From positions 1 through 49,168 of IMG/VR virus record IMGVR_UViG_3300037419_000207: 49,168 nt of DNA; one strand, 5' to 3'. Shown in pieces: positions 1-7,540 of this stretch (its first letter is position 1; each line of letters begins with the position of its first letter). The DNA is from a virus (taxonomy: Duplodnaviria; Caudoviricetes). The notes below the pieces were generated by a model. It made no database searches and had not been told where the DNA came from. It saw only the letters and a list, made by a program, of their open reading frames with translations. Made by a program: the position numbers and the translations under genes.

Positions 1-82
1 ACGTGCCGGTATCCCCCCGAGCTAAAAACTGGCTTAGCTCCATGTCGTCGCGGGTTTTACCCCGCTAAGGGTAAGACCGAAG

Positions 83-709
83 ATGAAGCGACTAATTTTA
101 ATAATTTTCATTTTTCTAGCCACGGTGGGTATTTTTCCGGCGGCTACTGCGGCGGCGGCTGATCCTGTCGGCTGCACCGGCGAATATTCGATCGGTGTCG
201 GTGGGCTACAGCTCGGGATTCCCGGAGGCTCGTGGGAGAACTCCGCGTATATCGTCGCGGATAACCACATCGGCTACGACTCGCTGAACCCACTGCAAGG
301 TCTCCGGAACCTAGAGATTGCCTACGACCTACACCGCGACATGTGCCCGAGCGACCGAATCAAGTTGGTTGGTCACTCGGAAGGCGCTGCGCTGGTTCAT
401 GTGTGGGTCACCGAGCACCAGGACGCTACGAACGTCTCTGCGGTGCTTTTGGCGGACCCCAAGCGTGTTGCCGGGCCGGGTGGAGCTGGGCTCGCAGCGA
501 ACCCGCTAGGTGCCCTTATCGGCTACCCGCTGGCCGGTGTCGACGATGACTTCGGTTCGGTGCCGGTGCTGTCGGTGTGCCACCAGCTCGACGCCGTGTG
601 CAACGAACACCCGGCCGGATGGGTCGGCTACGTCGCTGGCGCTCACACGTCGTACAACACGATTGCGGATGACTACCGGTTCGGTGTCTCGGGAGTGTGG
701 TTTTTCTGA
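83..709 (+). CDS. Secreted cutinase/PE-PPE-like alpha/beta serine hydrolase
   Basis: Signal peptide (MKRLILIIFIFLA...AAAA), GHSEG nucleophile elbow, LLADP, VCHQLDAVC and AH motifs typical of cutinase/PE-PPE domains. Confidence 0.75.
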   Translation: MKRLILIIFIFLATVGIFPAATAAAADPVGCTGEYSIGVGGLQLGIPGGSWENSAYIVADNHIGYDSLNPLQGLRNLEIAYDLHRDMCPSDRIKLVGHSEGAALVHVWVTEHQDATNVSAVLLADPKRVAGPGGAGLAANPLGALIGYPLAGVDDDFGSVPVLSVCHQLDAVCNEHPAGWVGYVAGAHTSYNTIADDYRFGVSGVWFF

Positions 710-887
710 TTGACGACAGTGTTCTCGAATCTCGGATTCCGGAACTGAACCCTTGAAGCGGTGTAGGTGTTCTGGCGCTTCATTCGCACACTGCGGATGA
801 ACCGTGCGATGACACATGCACTGTGTACGACAAACGATAATCTTTTACCGCCGGACTTGCTGACTTCTGGTCTCCCCCGGCGGCTCT

Positions 888-959
888 ACCCTTGTCGTCT
901 AATCGGCAAGACTCCGGGTTCTGGCCCCGGCAATTGAGGTTCGAATCCTTGCAAGGGTA
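888..959 (+). tRNA. tRNA-Gln(CTG)
   Basis: Acceptor ACCCTTG/CAAGGGT; anticodon arm CCGGG-TT CTG GC-CCCGG; T-loop TTCGAAT. Confidence 0.9.
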
Positions 960-964
960 CTTAT

Positions 965-1047
965 CTGGGTAACCGCATGGTGCGGAAGCGGCCTGTAAAG
1001 CCGTGGTCATTGCGACAGCGTAGGTTCGATTCCTGCTACCCGGACCA
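965..1047 (+). tRNA. tRNA-Tyr(GTA)
   Basis: CTGGGTA/TACCCGG-A-CCA; GCGGC-CT GTA AA-GCCGT; long variable arm. Confidence 0.85.
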
Positions 1048-1119
1048 GCCCGATTGGTCTAACGGAAATGATTCCGGATTTTCACTCCGGAGAAAAGGGT
1101 TCAACTCCCTTATCGGGTG
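1048..1119 (+). tRNA. tRNA-Glu(TTC)
   Basis: GCCCGAT/ATCGGGT; CCGGA-TT TTC AC-TCCGG. Confidence 0.88.
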
Positions 1120-1124
1120 CGTAT

Positions 1125-1195
1125 GTCGCTTTCGTCCAATGGTAAGACACCAGATTCTCAATCTGACAATACGGGTTCGATTCCCGTAAGCGATA
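1125..1195 (+). tRNA. tRNA-Glu(CTC)
   Basis: GTCGCTT/AAGCGAT; CAGA-TT CTC AA-TCTG; T arm ACGGG TTCGATT CCCGT. Confidence 0.85.
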
Positions 1196-1200
1196 CATAT

Positions 1201-1274
1201 CTAGGTATAGCTCAATTTGGCAGAGTACCGGCTTTGGGTGCCGGGTGTTGGGAGTTCGAATCTCTCTACCTAGA
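1201..1274 (+). tRNA. tRNA-Pro(TGG)
   Basis: CTAGGTA/TACCTAG; CCGGC-TT TGG GT-GCCGG. Confidence 0.9.
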
Positions 1275-1342
1275 CTTGTTACCCCTAATCGGATGCATAC
1301 GAATTAGGGAACCGTGGAATAGCTACCCACGGAAACAATAAA

Positions 1343-1411
1343 GCGGTAGTAGCCTAAATGGTAAAGCACCGGCGTTGGCCGGAGTTGCACGTTCGAATCG
1401 TGTCTACCGCT
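1343..1411 (+). tRNA. Aberrant tRNA-like RNA with a 4-nt anticodon loop (pseudo-tRNA or decoy)
   Basis: Intact acceptor GCGGTAG/CTACCGC plus D and T arms, but the anticodon arm is CCGGC-GTTG-GCCGG (3 nt short). Confidence 0.7.
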
Positions 1412-1414
1412 TAT

Positions 1415-1488
1415 GGGGATGTAGTGTTTAACGGCTAACACGTCAGGCTTCCACCCTGAAATTCGGAGTTCGAATCTCCGTATCCTCA
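1415..1488 (+). tRNA. tRNA-Gly(TCC)
   Basis: GGGGATG/TATCCTC; TCAGG-CT TCC AC-CCTGA. Confidence 0.9.
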
Positions 1489-1531
1489 CGCTACGAATAG
1501 TTCCGCTCCCTGAGTCCAGGGCTATTCTTCT

Positions 1532-1615
1532 GGAAGGTACCGCCCAGTGGTGGGCAACCGGCGTCGAATACCGGGGGTGCGGTGAAACGTAGGGGTTCGA
1601 CTCCTCTACCTTCCT
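1532..1615 (+). tRNA. tRNA-Ser(CGA)
   Basis: GGAAGGT/ACCTTCC; CCGG(C)-GT CGA AT-(A)CCGG; long variable arm. Confidence 0.75.
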
Positions 1616-1774
1616 CTTAGGATAGGCGTTCCCGAATCTCGAAACGCTTGCCACATTCGGTGCATATCATCGGAATCACTGTGAGAGGCGAATCGGTCCG
1701 AATCACGCGGGGCGGATCGCACTGGCATTCCATTTTAGAGCCATCGGTCATAGCGATGAGTATACGCCGATCTT

Positions 1775-1858
1775 GGAAGACTAACCGGCCGGGGTGCCGG
1801 ACCCCGTTGCTAGCGGGTGTGACCGTAAAAGGTTGAGTTTCGAATACTCAGGCTTCCG
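1775..1858 (+). tRNA. tRNA-Ser(GCT)
   Basis: GGAAGAC/GGCTTCC-G; CCCG-TT GCT AG-CGGG; long variable arm. Confidence 0.75.
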
Positions 1859-1861
1859 CTA

Positions 1862-1934
1862 GGCGGTGTGGCCGAATTGGTTAGGTGCCGGATTGCAGAT
1901 CCGGTTTATGCGGGTTCGAGTCCCGTCGTCGTCT
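1862..1934 (+). tRNA. tRNA-Cys(GCA)
   Basis: GGCGGTG/CGTCGTC-T (U73); CCGGA-TT GCA GA-TCCGG. Confidence 0.88.
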
Positions 1935-1939
1935 CTTAA

Positions 1940-2014
1940 CGCTCTGTAGCCCAATTAGGTAGAGGCACTGGTCTTAGAAACCAGACAGTGTGAGTTCGAA
2001 TCTCACTAGAGCGA
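1940..2014 (+). tRNA. tRNA-Leu(TAG), short variable loop
   Basis: CGCTCTG/TAGAGCG-A; CTGGT-CT TAG AA-ACCAG. Confidence 0.85.
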
Positions 2015-2040
2015 CTAGCGACCCCTAGAGGGTCGCGTAT

Positions 2041-2114
2041 CGTCCGTTAGCTTAAATGGCTAGAGCGCTACCCTGTCACGGTAGAAGGTACGGGTTCAAG
2101 TCCCGTACGGATGA
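2041..2114 (+). tRNA. tRNA-Asp(GTC)
   Basis: CGTCCGT/ACGGATG; CTACC-CT GTC AC-GGTAG. Confidence 0.88.
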
Positions 2115-2161
2115 CTTCCCGCCGGTGTGAGCGGAGGGTCCGACCCGAATCACACCATTAT

Positions 2162-2235
2162 CGGTTTGTAACTCAGTTGGTAAGAGTGCCGCTCTGATAC
2201 GGCGGAAGTCGAAGGTTCAATTCCTTCCAAACCGA
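2162..2235 (+). tRNA. tRNA-Ile(GAT)
   Basis: CGGTTTG/CAAACCG; CCGCT-CT GAT AC-GGCGG. Confidence 0.88.
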
Positions 2236-2239
2236 CTCA

Positions 2240-2311
2240 CGTCCTGTAGTTCAATGGGAGAACAGCGGGTTTACACCCCGTACGTTGCAAGTTCGAATCT
2301 TGCCAGGATGA
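2240..2311 (+). tRNA. tRNA-Val(TAC)
   Basis: CGTCCTG/CAGGATG; GCGGG-TT TAC AC-CCCGT. Confidence 0.88.
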
Positions 2312-2316
2312 CTTAT

Positions 2317-2391
2317 ACGCGCGTAGCTCAGCGGAAGAGTAAGCGGCTACGAACCGTTTTGTCGGGGGTTCGAATCCTCCCGCGCGTACCA
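2317..2391 (+). tRNA. tRNA-Arg(ACG)
   Basis: ACGCGCG/CGCGCGT-A-CCA; AGCGG-CT ACG AA-CCGTT. Confidence 0.9.
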
Positions 2392-2392
2392 A

Positions 2393-2467
2393 TGCGATGT
2401 AGAGAAGCTAGGTCATCTCGGCAGCCTCATAAGCTGTAAGTCGTCGGTTCGAATCCGACCATCGCAA
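2393..2467 (+). tRNA. tRNA-Met(CAT)
   Basis: TGCGATG/CATCGCA; GCAGC-CT CAT AA-GCTGT; initiator, elongator or Ile2 identity not resolved. Confidence 0.85.
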
Positions 2468-2469
2468 CC

Positions 2470-2540
2470 GTGGCCGAAGCCAAAAGGTGAGGCACCGGAT
2501 TGTGACTCCGGTTAAGTGGGTTCAATACCCACCGGTCACT
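2470..2540 (+). tRNA. tRNA-His(GTG)
   Basis: GTGGCCG/CGGTCAC; CCGGA-TT GTG AC-TCCGG. Confidence 0.85.
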
Positions 2541-2542
2541 CT

Positions 2543-2613
2543 GGGGTTTTAGTTCAGTGGTAGAACGAGTGTTTTGCACGCACTAGACCAGGGTTCGATT
2601 CCCTGATACTCCA
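2543..2613 (+). tRNA. tRNA-Ala(TGC)
   Basis: AGTGT-TT TGC AC-GCACT; G3:U70 identity pair present. Confidence 0.88.
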
Positions 2614-2646
2614 CATACGACCCATTCTCTTCGGGAATGGGCTTAT

Positions 2647-2718
2647 CGGGTTATAGCTCAGTAGGAAGAGCAGCGGATTGAAACCCCGCGCGCCCTGGTT
2701 CGATTCCAGGTAACTCGG
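2647..2718 (+). tRNA. tRNA-Phe(GAA)
   Basis: CGGGTTA/TAACTCG; GCGG(A)-TT GAA AC-(C)CCGC. Confidence 0.85.
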
Positions 2719-2723
2719 CTCAG

Positions 2724-2798
2724 GCTCTCATAGCTTATCTGGTAAAGCGGCTGTCTTGTAAACAGTTGAGCGGGGTTCAAGTCCTCGTGAGAGCCCCA
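2724..2798 (+). tRNA. tRNA-Thr(TGT)
   Basis: GCTCTCA/TGAGAGC-C-CCA; GCTGT-CT TGT AA-ACAGT. Confidence 0.9.
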
Positions 2799-2799
2799 A

Positions 2800-2872
2800 T
2801 GGTATGTAGCTTAATCGGTAAAGCTAGCGGCTGTTAACCGCTCGGATACAGGTTCGAATCCTGTCATATCAG
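2800..2872 (+). tRNA. tRNA-Asn(GTT)
   Basis: TGGTATG/CATATCA-G; AGCGG-CT GTT AA-CCGCT. Confidence 0.9.
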
Positions 2873-2876
2873 CAAT

Positions 2877-2949
2877 GCCTCTATAGCTGAGACGGTTGTA
2901 GCACTCGACTCTTAATCGAGGGACGTAGGTTCGATCCCTACTAGGGGCA
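2877..2949 (+). tRNA. tRNA-Lys(CTT)
   Basis: GCCTCTA/TAGGGGC; CTCGA-CT CTT AA-TCGAG. Confidence 0.9.
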
Positions 2950-2953
2950 CTCG

Positions 2954-3026
2954 CGGTCCGTATCCCAACGGCAGAGGAACCGGATTCAAACCCCGTTCAG
3001 TGTGCGTTCGAATCGCACCGGACCGA
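2954..3026 (+). tRNA. tRNA-Leu(CAA), short variable loop, weak anticodon stem
   Basis: CGGTCCG/CGGACCG-A; loop TT CAA AC; T arm GTGCG TTCGAAT CGCAC. Confidence 0.75.
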
Positions 3027-3036
3027 CAAGGTAATT

Positions 3037-3297
3037 ATGTCTGATCTTGAAAATGACGACATGCTCACCGCGCTAATTGCAGCGCGTACACAGCTTGTTC
3101 AAAACATGGAGCTTTCACGCGGTCAGCCGTACGCAGCTCTATTCAAAATGTATCTGGAAGTTCAGGAGAAAATCGAAAAACTGACTCCACCGGATGTTAA
3201 GGACACCCCCCTAGATGAGTTCTCTATCAAGCTCGCTAAAAAGCAGCGAGAACGAGAACCAGATTCCGGGGGTACAGACTCCGCGACTGGAAGTTAG
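3037..3297 (+). CDS. Terminase small subunit (putative)
   Basis: Directly upstream of and overlapping TerL; C-terminal 'TPLDEF...' motif typical of actinophage TerS. Confidence 0.65.
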   Translation: MSDLENDDMLTALIAARTQLVQNMELSRGQPYAALFKMYLEVQEKIEKLTPPDVKDTPLDEFSIKLAKKQREREPDSGGTDSATGS

Positions 3298-4702
3298 TTC
3301 TTCGTACGTCGGTTCGTATATGGAGGAAGCCGCGTTTCTCGCTTCTCAGTACGGACTAACCCCCGACCCGTGGCAATGCCATGTTCTAGAACGCTGGCTA
3401 GGTTACCGCGCCGATGGCAAATGGGCTCACTCGCGGTGCGGTTTGTCGGTACCTCGACAAAACGGGAAAAATGCGCTACTTGAAATCCGCGAATTGTTCG
3501 GCATGGTCGGACTCGGCGAAAAGTTCCTGCATACCGCGCATGAGGTGAAGACAGCCCGTAAGGCGTTTCTTCGCTTGGTCTCGTTCTTCGAGAATCCGCA
3601 AAAGTATCCAGAGCTAGCGAAGCTGGTCGATTGGGACGGGCCGAACGGCGGTATCCGTAAGACCAACGGCCAGGAAGCTATTTTTCTCAAAAACGGCGGC
3701 TCGGTCGAGTTCGTAGCCCGTTCTAAGGGTTCGTCTCGTGGTTTCACCGTTGACGTAATCGTCATGGACGAAGCACAGGAAATGGGCGACGACGCGCTAG
3801 AAGCGCTAGGTCCCACTACGTCTGCGGCCCCGCTTAAGAACCGTCAGCTTATTTGGACCGGTACTCCACCGGCCGAAGGCATGAACTCCGAAGTCTTTAC
3901 CCGTATCCGTACCCAGTCCCTAGAGGGCAAGGGTAAGCGTCTGTGCTGGCTCGAATGGTCCATGGACGACGACGGGGACATTCATTCCATCGAACAAATC
4001 GCGCAGTCGAACCCTGCGCTTAACATCCGAGTCGGTCTCGAAGAACTCCTAGAAGACCTCGACGGATACTCCGAAGAAGGCTTCGCGCGCGAGCGCGGTG
4101 GAGTGTGGAAGTTCGCCGGTACTGAGGCTGTCATTGATCCGGATTCGTGGAATGCGGTAGGCGACGGTGCTTCACTGATTCTCGACCCGGTTGCTTTCGC
4201 GGTTGATATCGGACCTAAGCGTGATACGGCTTCGATCGCTGTTGCCGGTCTACGCGACGACGGCCGGTACCACGTCGAAATTATCGACCACCGCAAGGGC
4301 ACTGATTGGATTATCCCCCGTCTCACACAGCTTATTGCCCAGTGGGAACCGGTTGCGGTAGTCGTTGACGGACCAGCTTCGTCGGTTGTGCCGGAACTCG
4401 AACAGTTGAAGGTACCGGTTTACAAAACCACGGTGGTTGAACTCGGCGTAGCGTGCGGCATGTTCTACGACGCTGTTATGTCGAAGACGCTTCGGCACCC
4501 AAACCAGCCGATTCTATCTAACGCGGTAGACGCTGCCCGTCAGCGTCCGCTAGGCGATATGTGGGCGTGGGGTCGTCAGCTTTCCGAATCTGATATTACG
4601 CCCGTCGTTGCCGTAACTCTGGCTTTGTGGGGCTTCGTTAAGGCTAAGCCTCGAAAGAAAAAGAAGGCTTCCGCCAACACTAAAATGATGGTGCTTTCTT
4701 AA
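3215..4702 (+). CDS. terL: Terminase large subunit
   Basis: Walker A VPRQNGKN, HTAHE, Walker B VIVMDEAQ, GTPP coupling motif, nuclease AVDIG and DITP motifs. Confidence 0.95.
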   Translation: MSSLSSSLKSSENENQIPGVQTPRLEVSSSYVGSYMEEAAFLASQYGLTPDPWQCHVLERWLGYRADGKWAHSRCGLSVPRQNGKNALLEIRELFGMVGLGEKFLHTAHEVKTARKAFLRLVSFFENPQKYPELAKLVDWDGPNGGIRKTNGQEAIFLKNGGSVEFVARSKGSSRGFTVDVIVMDEAQEMGDDALEALGPTTSAAPLKNRQLIWTGTPPAEGMNSEVFTRIRTQSLEGKGKRLCWLEWSMDDDGDIHSIEQIAQSNPALNIRVGLEELLEDLDGYSEEGFARERGGVWKFAGTEAVIDPDSWNAVGDGASLILDPVAFAVDIGPKRDTASIAVAGLRDDGRYHVEIIDHRKGTDWIIPRLTQLIAQWEPVAVVVDGPASSVVPELEQLKVPVYKTTVVELGVACGMFYDAVMSKTLRHPNQPILSNAVDAARQRPLGDMWAWGRQLSESDITPVVAVTLALWGFVKAKPRKKKKASANTKMMVLS

Positions 4703-6150
4703 TGGCTAATCTAATTACGGTTAACGGACTAACCGACGACGAACAGCGACAGCTAGACAAGTTGCTGAATAAGTTGTCCAAGTTCGAATTCTCGAACAAA
4801 ACAAAAGAAGCGTACTACGAAGGCGAACAGCGCGTAGCCCAGCTCGGTATCTCGATTCCGCCTAAGGTTCTATCGTCTATCCGTACCGTGGTCGGCTGGT
4901 CCGGCACTGCGGTTGACGTTCTGGAAGAACGCCTAGATTGGCTCGGATGGGTCGAGTCCGGTTCGGACTACGGTCTATCGGAAATCTTTTCGGCTAACGA
5001 TCTGGACGTTGACGCGGGGCTAGCGCACCTTGATTCGCTGATCTACGGAATTTCGTTCGCTTGTGTCGGCACCGGTGCGGATGGGGAACCCGACCAACTG
5101 ATTACGGTCGAGTCCCCTCGCAACATGACCGGCGAATGGGATGCACGTACCCGCCGGTTGTCGAGTGCGGCTATCCGGTATGTAGACCCGGAGACCGGTA
5201 CGAATATCGGCGCGACGCTTTACCTCCCGGACCGGACTATTTTTGTAGAGCGCCCGAATGAGGGCGTGACGTGGACTGTCGTAAACCGGGATGACCACAA
5301 CCTAGGACGTGTGCCGGTCGCTCCCCTGGTGAACCGTCCGCGTGCTTCGCGGGTTATCGGCCGGTCGGAAATCTCGCACGCTGTGCGCGGGTACACCGAC
5401 GCAGCGGTTCGAACCTTGCTCGGTATGGAAGTGAACCGCGAGTTCTATTCGGCCCCCCAGCGTTGGGCTGTAGGCGTTTCCGAGGAAATGTTCAAGAAAG
5501 CCGACGGCGGGACGCTTACCGGCTGGGAAGCGATCATGGGCAAGTTCTTGGTTGCCCCGTTCGATGAGGACAACCCCGAAGCCACCCCATCGGTGGGCCA
5601 GTTCGCACAGTCGCAGCCCGGCCCGTACCTCGAACAAGTTCGTGGTCTAGCTCAGATGCTTGCGGCTGAATGTGCCATCCCCCCAACGTATCTCGGGTTT
5701 GCTACCGACCAGGCGGCTAGCGCTGACGCTATTCGCGCGATGGAATCGCGTCTGGTTAAGCGCGCTGAGCGCCGTCAGGTGGTGTTCGGGAAGGCGTGGC
5801 TAGAGGTGGCGCGTCTGGTCCTGCTGATCCGAGAGGGCAACGTACCCAAGGGATTTGATACCGAAGTAGCGGTTCGTTGGCGTGACGCTGCTACGCCGAC
5901 TCGTTCGGCTGCGGCAGACGAAGCGACGAAGCTTGTCGGGGCTGGCATTCTTCCGCCGGACTCTCAGGTCACCTACGACCGAATCGGGTTGACCGACGTT
6001 GAGGTCGCCCAGGTCGAGAAAGACAAGCGGAAAGCTCGTCTCGTAGAGGTCCTAAACCAGCGTACCCAGCCAACTACCCCCGGAACGGCTCAAAGTCCGT
6101 CCACGGGGCAGCCAGGGGGCAATACGGCCGTTCCTCAGGGTAAGGCGTGA
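4702..6150 (+). CDS. Portal protein (SPP1 gp6-like)
   Basis: YYEGEQ, GRSEIS, EFYSAPQR and W.DAATPT motifs of actinophage portals; position after TerL. Confidence 0.93.
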   Translation: MANLITVNGLTDDEQRQLDKLLNKLSKFEFSNKTKEAYYEGEQRVAQLGISIPPKVLSSIRTVVGWSGTAVDVLEERLDWLGWVESGSDYGLSEIFSANDLDVDAGLAHLDSLIYGISFACVGTGADGEPDQLITVESPRNMTGEWDARTRRLSSAAIRYVDPETGTNIGATLYLPDRTIFVERPNEGVTWTVVNRDDHNLGRVPVAPLVNRPRASRVIGRSEISHAVRGYTDAAVRTLLGMEVNREFYSAPQRWAVGVSEEMFKKADGGTLTGWEAIMGKFLVAPFDEDNPEATPSVGQFAQSQPGPYLEQVRGLAQMLAAECAIPPTYLGFATDQAASADAIRAMESRLVKRAERRQVVFGKAWLEVARLVLLIREGNVPKGFDTEVAVRWRDAATPTRSAAADEATKLVGAGILPPDSQVTYDRIGLTDVEVAQVEKDKRKARLVEVLNQRTQPTTPGTAQSPSTGQPGGNTAVPQGKA

Positions 6151-6872
6151 CCCCGGCAGAGTTCCGGAAGCTACTCGTGACCTACGAACCCGCTTACCGG
6201 ATTGAAATCGGGAAGCTGTGGGCTCAGGCAAATGTGATGTCCCCGGCTGAATTCCTGGTGTACGCCGAGGAGGCGTACCCGGAAATCATGTCCGCTCATC
6301 TCGCGGTAGCCGCTGAATTGGCGGCTACCTGGTATGAGGAATCCCCCGGGGATGAATCGTTCGCAGCGGTACCGGCTGAACTACCGCCGGTCGAACAGTT
6401 GCAAGCGTCCCTGCGTTGGGCGTTGTCCACACCGGAGAGCGAGAAGAACCTAGACGGTTCGGCTACTCGGATGTTCCACGATTCGGCGCGTCGAACGATT
6501 GTCTCGAACGCTAAGCGTGAGGGCGGTTTGTGGGCTCGGGAGGCTGAGCCGGATGCGTGCCGTTTCTGTCAGATGTTGGCAACTCGCGGTGCTGTGTATG
6601 CGTCCGACAAATCGGCGCTCAATCACTCAACCGGTCCACGGCGTAGCCGGAAGACTCTCGCACCACCCAAACACACCGATGATGCGTATCACGACCATTG
6701 CCGGTGCACAGCTGTAATGGTCCGCCCCGGTGGTTCGTACACGCCTCCGAAGTATACGGAGGCTTACGACCGGGATTACCGGGTGGTTATCCGGGCTCTC
6801 GATAAAGCAAAGCTTCCGCACACGGTGGGAAACGTCATGCGCGCATATCGCGAGATGGATAAGCACAACTAA
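6147..6872 (+). CDS. Capsid maturation protease / MuF-like minor head protein
   Basis: ACRFCQMLATRG and YHDHCRC motifs; between portal and scaffold. Confidence 0.8.
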   Translation: MTPAEFRKLLVTYEPAYRIEIGKLWAQANVMSPAEFLVYAEEAYPEIMSAHLAVAAELAATWYEESPGDESFAAVPAELPPVEQLQASLRWALSTPESEKNLDGSATRMFHDSARRTIVSNAKREGGLWAREAEPDACRFCQMLATRGAVYASDKSALNHSTGPRRSRKTLAPPKHTDDAYHDHCRCTAVMVRPGGSYTPPKYTEAYDRDYRVVIRALDKAKLPHTVGNVMRAYREMDKHN

Positions 6873-6897
6873 TCAAATCGCACCTTCGGGTGCGTAT

Positions 6898-6968
6898 GGG
6901 GAAATAGTTCAACGGAAGAACAACGGTCTCCAAAGCCGTATATCCGGGTTCGATTCCTGGTTTCCCTG
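6898..6968 (+). tRNA. tRNA-Trp(CCA), isolated within the head operon
   Basis: GGGGAAA/TTTCCCT-G; ACGGT-CT CCA AA-GCCGT; T arm CCGGG TTCGATT CCTGG. Confidence 0.9.
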
Positions 6969-7043
6969 CAACGCACACACGCAGCGGTCAATGCGTGGTT
7001 CGGCCGGTTCAGGCCACCAGACATGGTTATGGAGATAAAACAA

Positions 7044-7523
7044 GTGAGCGACGAAAACGCTAACGCCCCGGAATCTACTCCGGAGTTCACCCCGATTACT
7101 TCGCAGGATGATCTGAACAAGATTATCTCTGAGCGCGTTAATCGCGCTAAGGCTACTACAGCCGCACAGTTCGCGGGATTCGAAGAATACAAGACCAAGG
7201 CTGAGCAGTTCGATCAGTTGGCGGAAGCCAATAAGACAGAACTGGAAAAGGCTACCGACCGAGTGAACGAACTTACTCAGGAGCTTGAAAAAGCTAAGGC
7301 GGCTAAGGCACTCAGCGACCTAGCGGAAAGCAAGGGCATTCCCGTTGCTGCGCTAGATGGAACTCCCGAAGAGCGTGCCGAAGCTATCGCGGCACTTGTT
7401 GCAGATGCGGGTAAGCCCCGCACTCCTGCGCCGGACCCGTCACAGGGCCGAGCCCCAGTTACGCCACTTAACGGCGACGGTCTAGAGCAAAAGCTTTTGG
7501 CCGCTCTGAATCTAACTCGCTAA
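7044..7523 (+). CDS. Capsid scaffolding protein
   Basis: GGAGA RBS then GTG at 7044; 'ITSQDDLNKIISERVNRAK' and coiled coil; precedes the major capsid gene. Confidence 0.85.
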   Translation: MSDENANAPESTPEFTPITSQDDLNKIISERVNRAKATTAAQFAGFEEYKTKAEQFDQLAEANKTELEKATDRVNELTQELEKAKAAKALSDLAESKGIPVAALDGTPEERAEAIAALVADAGKPRTPAPDPSQGRAPVTPLNGDGLEQKLLAALNLTR

Positions 7524-7540
7524 TTCAAAGAGAGCAATAA

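Noticed and set aside
1-60. Defined cos overhang or terminal repeat
   Set aside because: Gene order suggests a full genome, but no terminal repeat is visible and the end type cannot be determined without reads
1117-2439. Short ORFs over the tRNA array (1117-1341, 1304-1654, 1648-1836, 2254-2439)
   Set aside because: They overlap well-formed tRNAs and have no RBS or protein-like character
2954-3026. Opal suppressor or Sec tRNA (TCA anticodon)
   Set aside because: Stem register and U33 place the anticodon at CAA; no long arm; TGA is used as a normal stop in many genes
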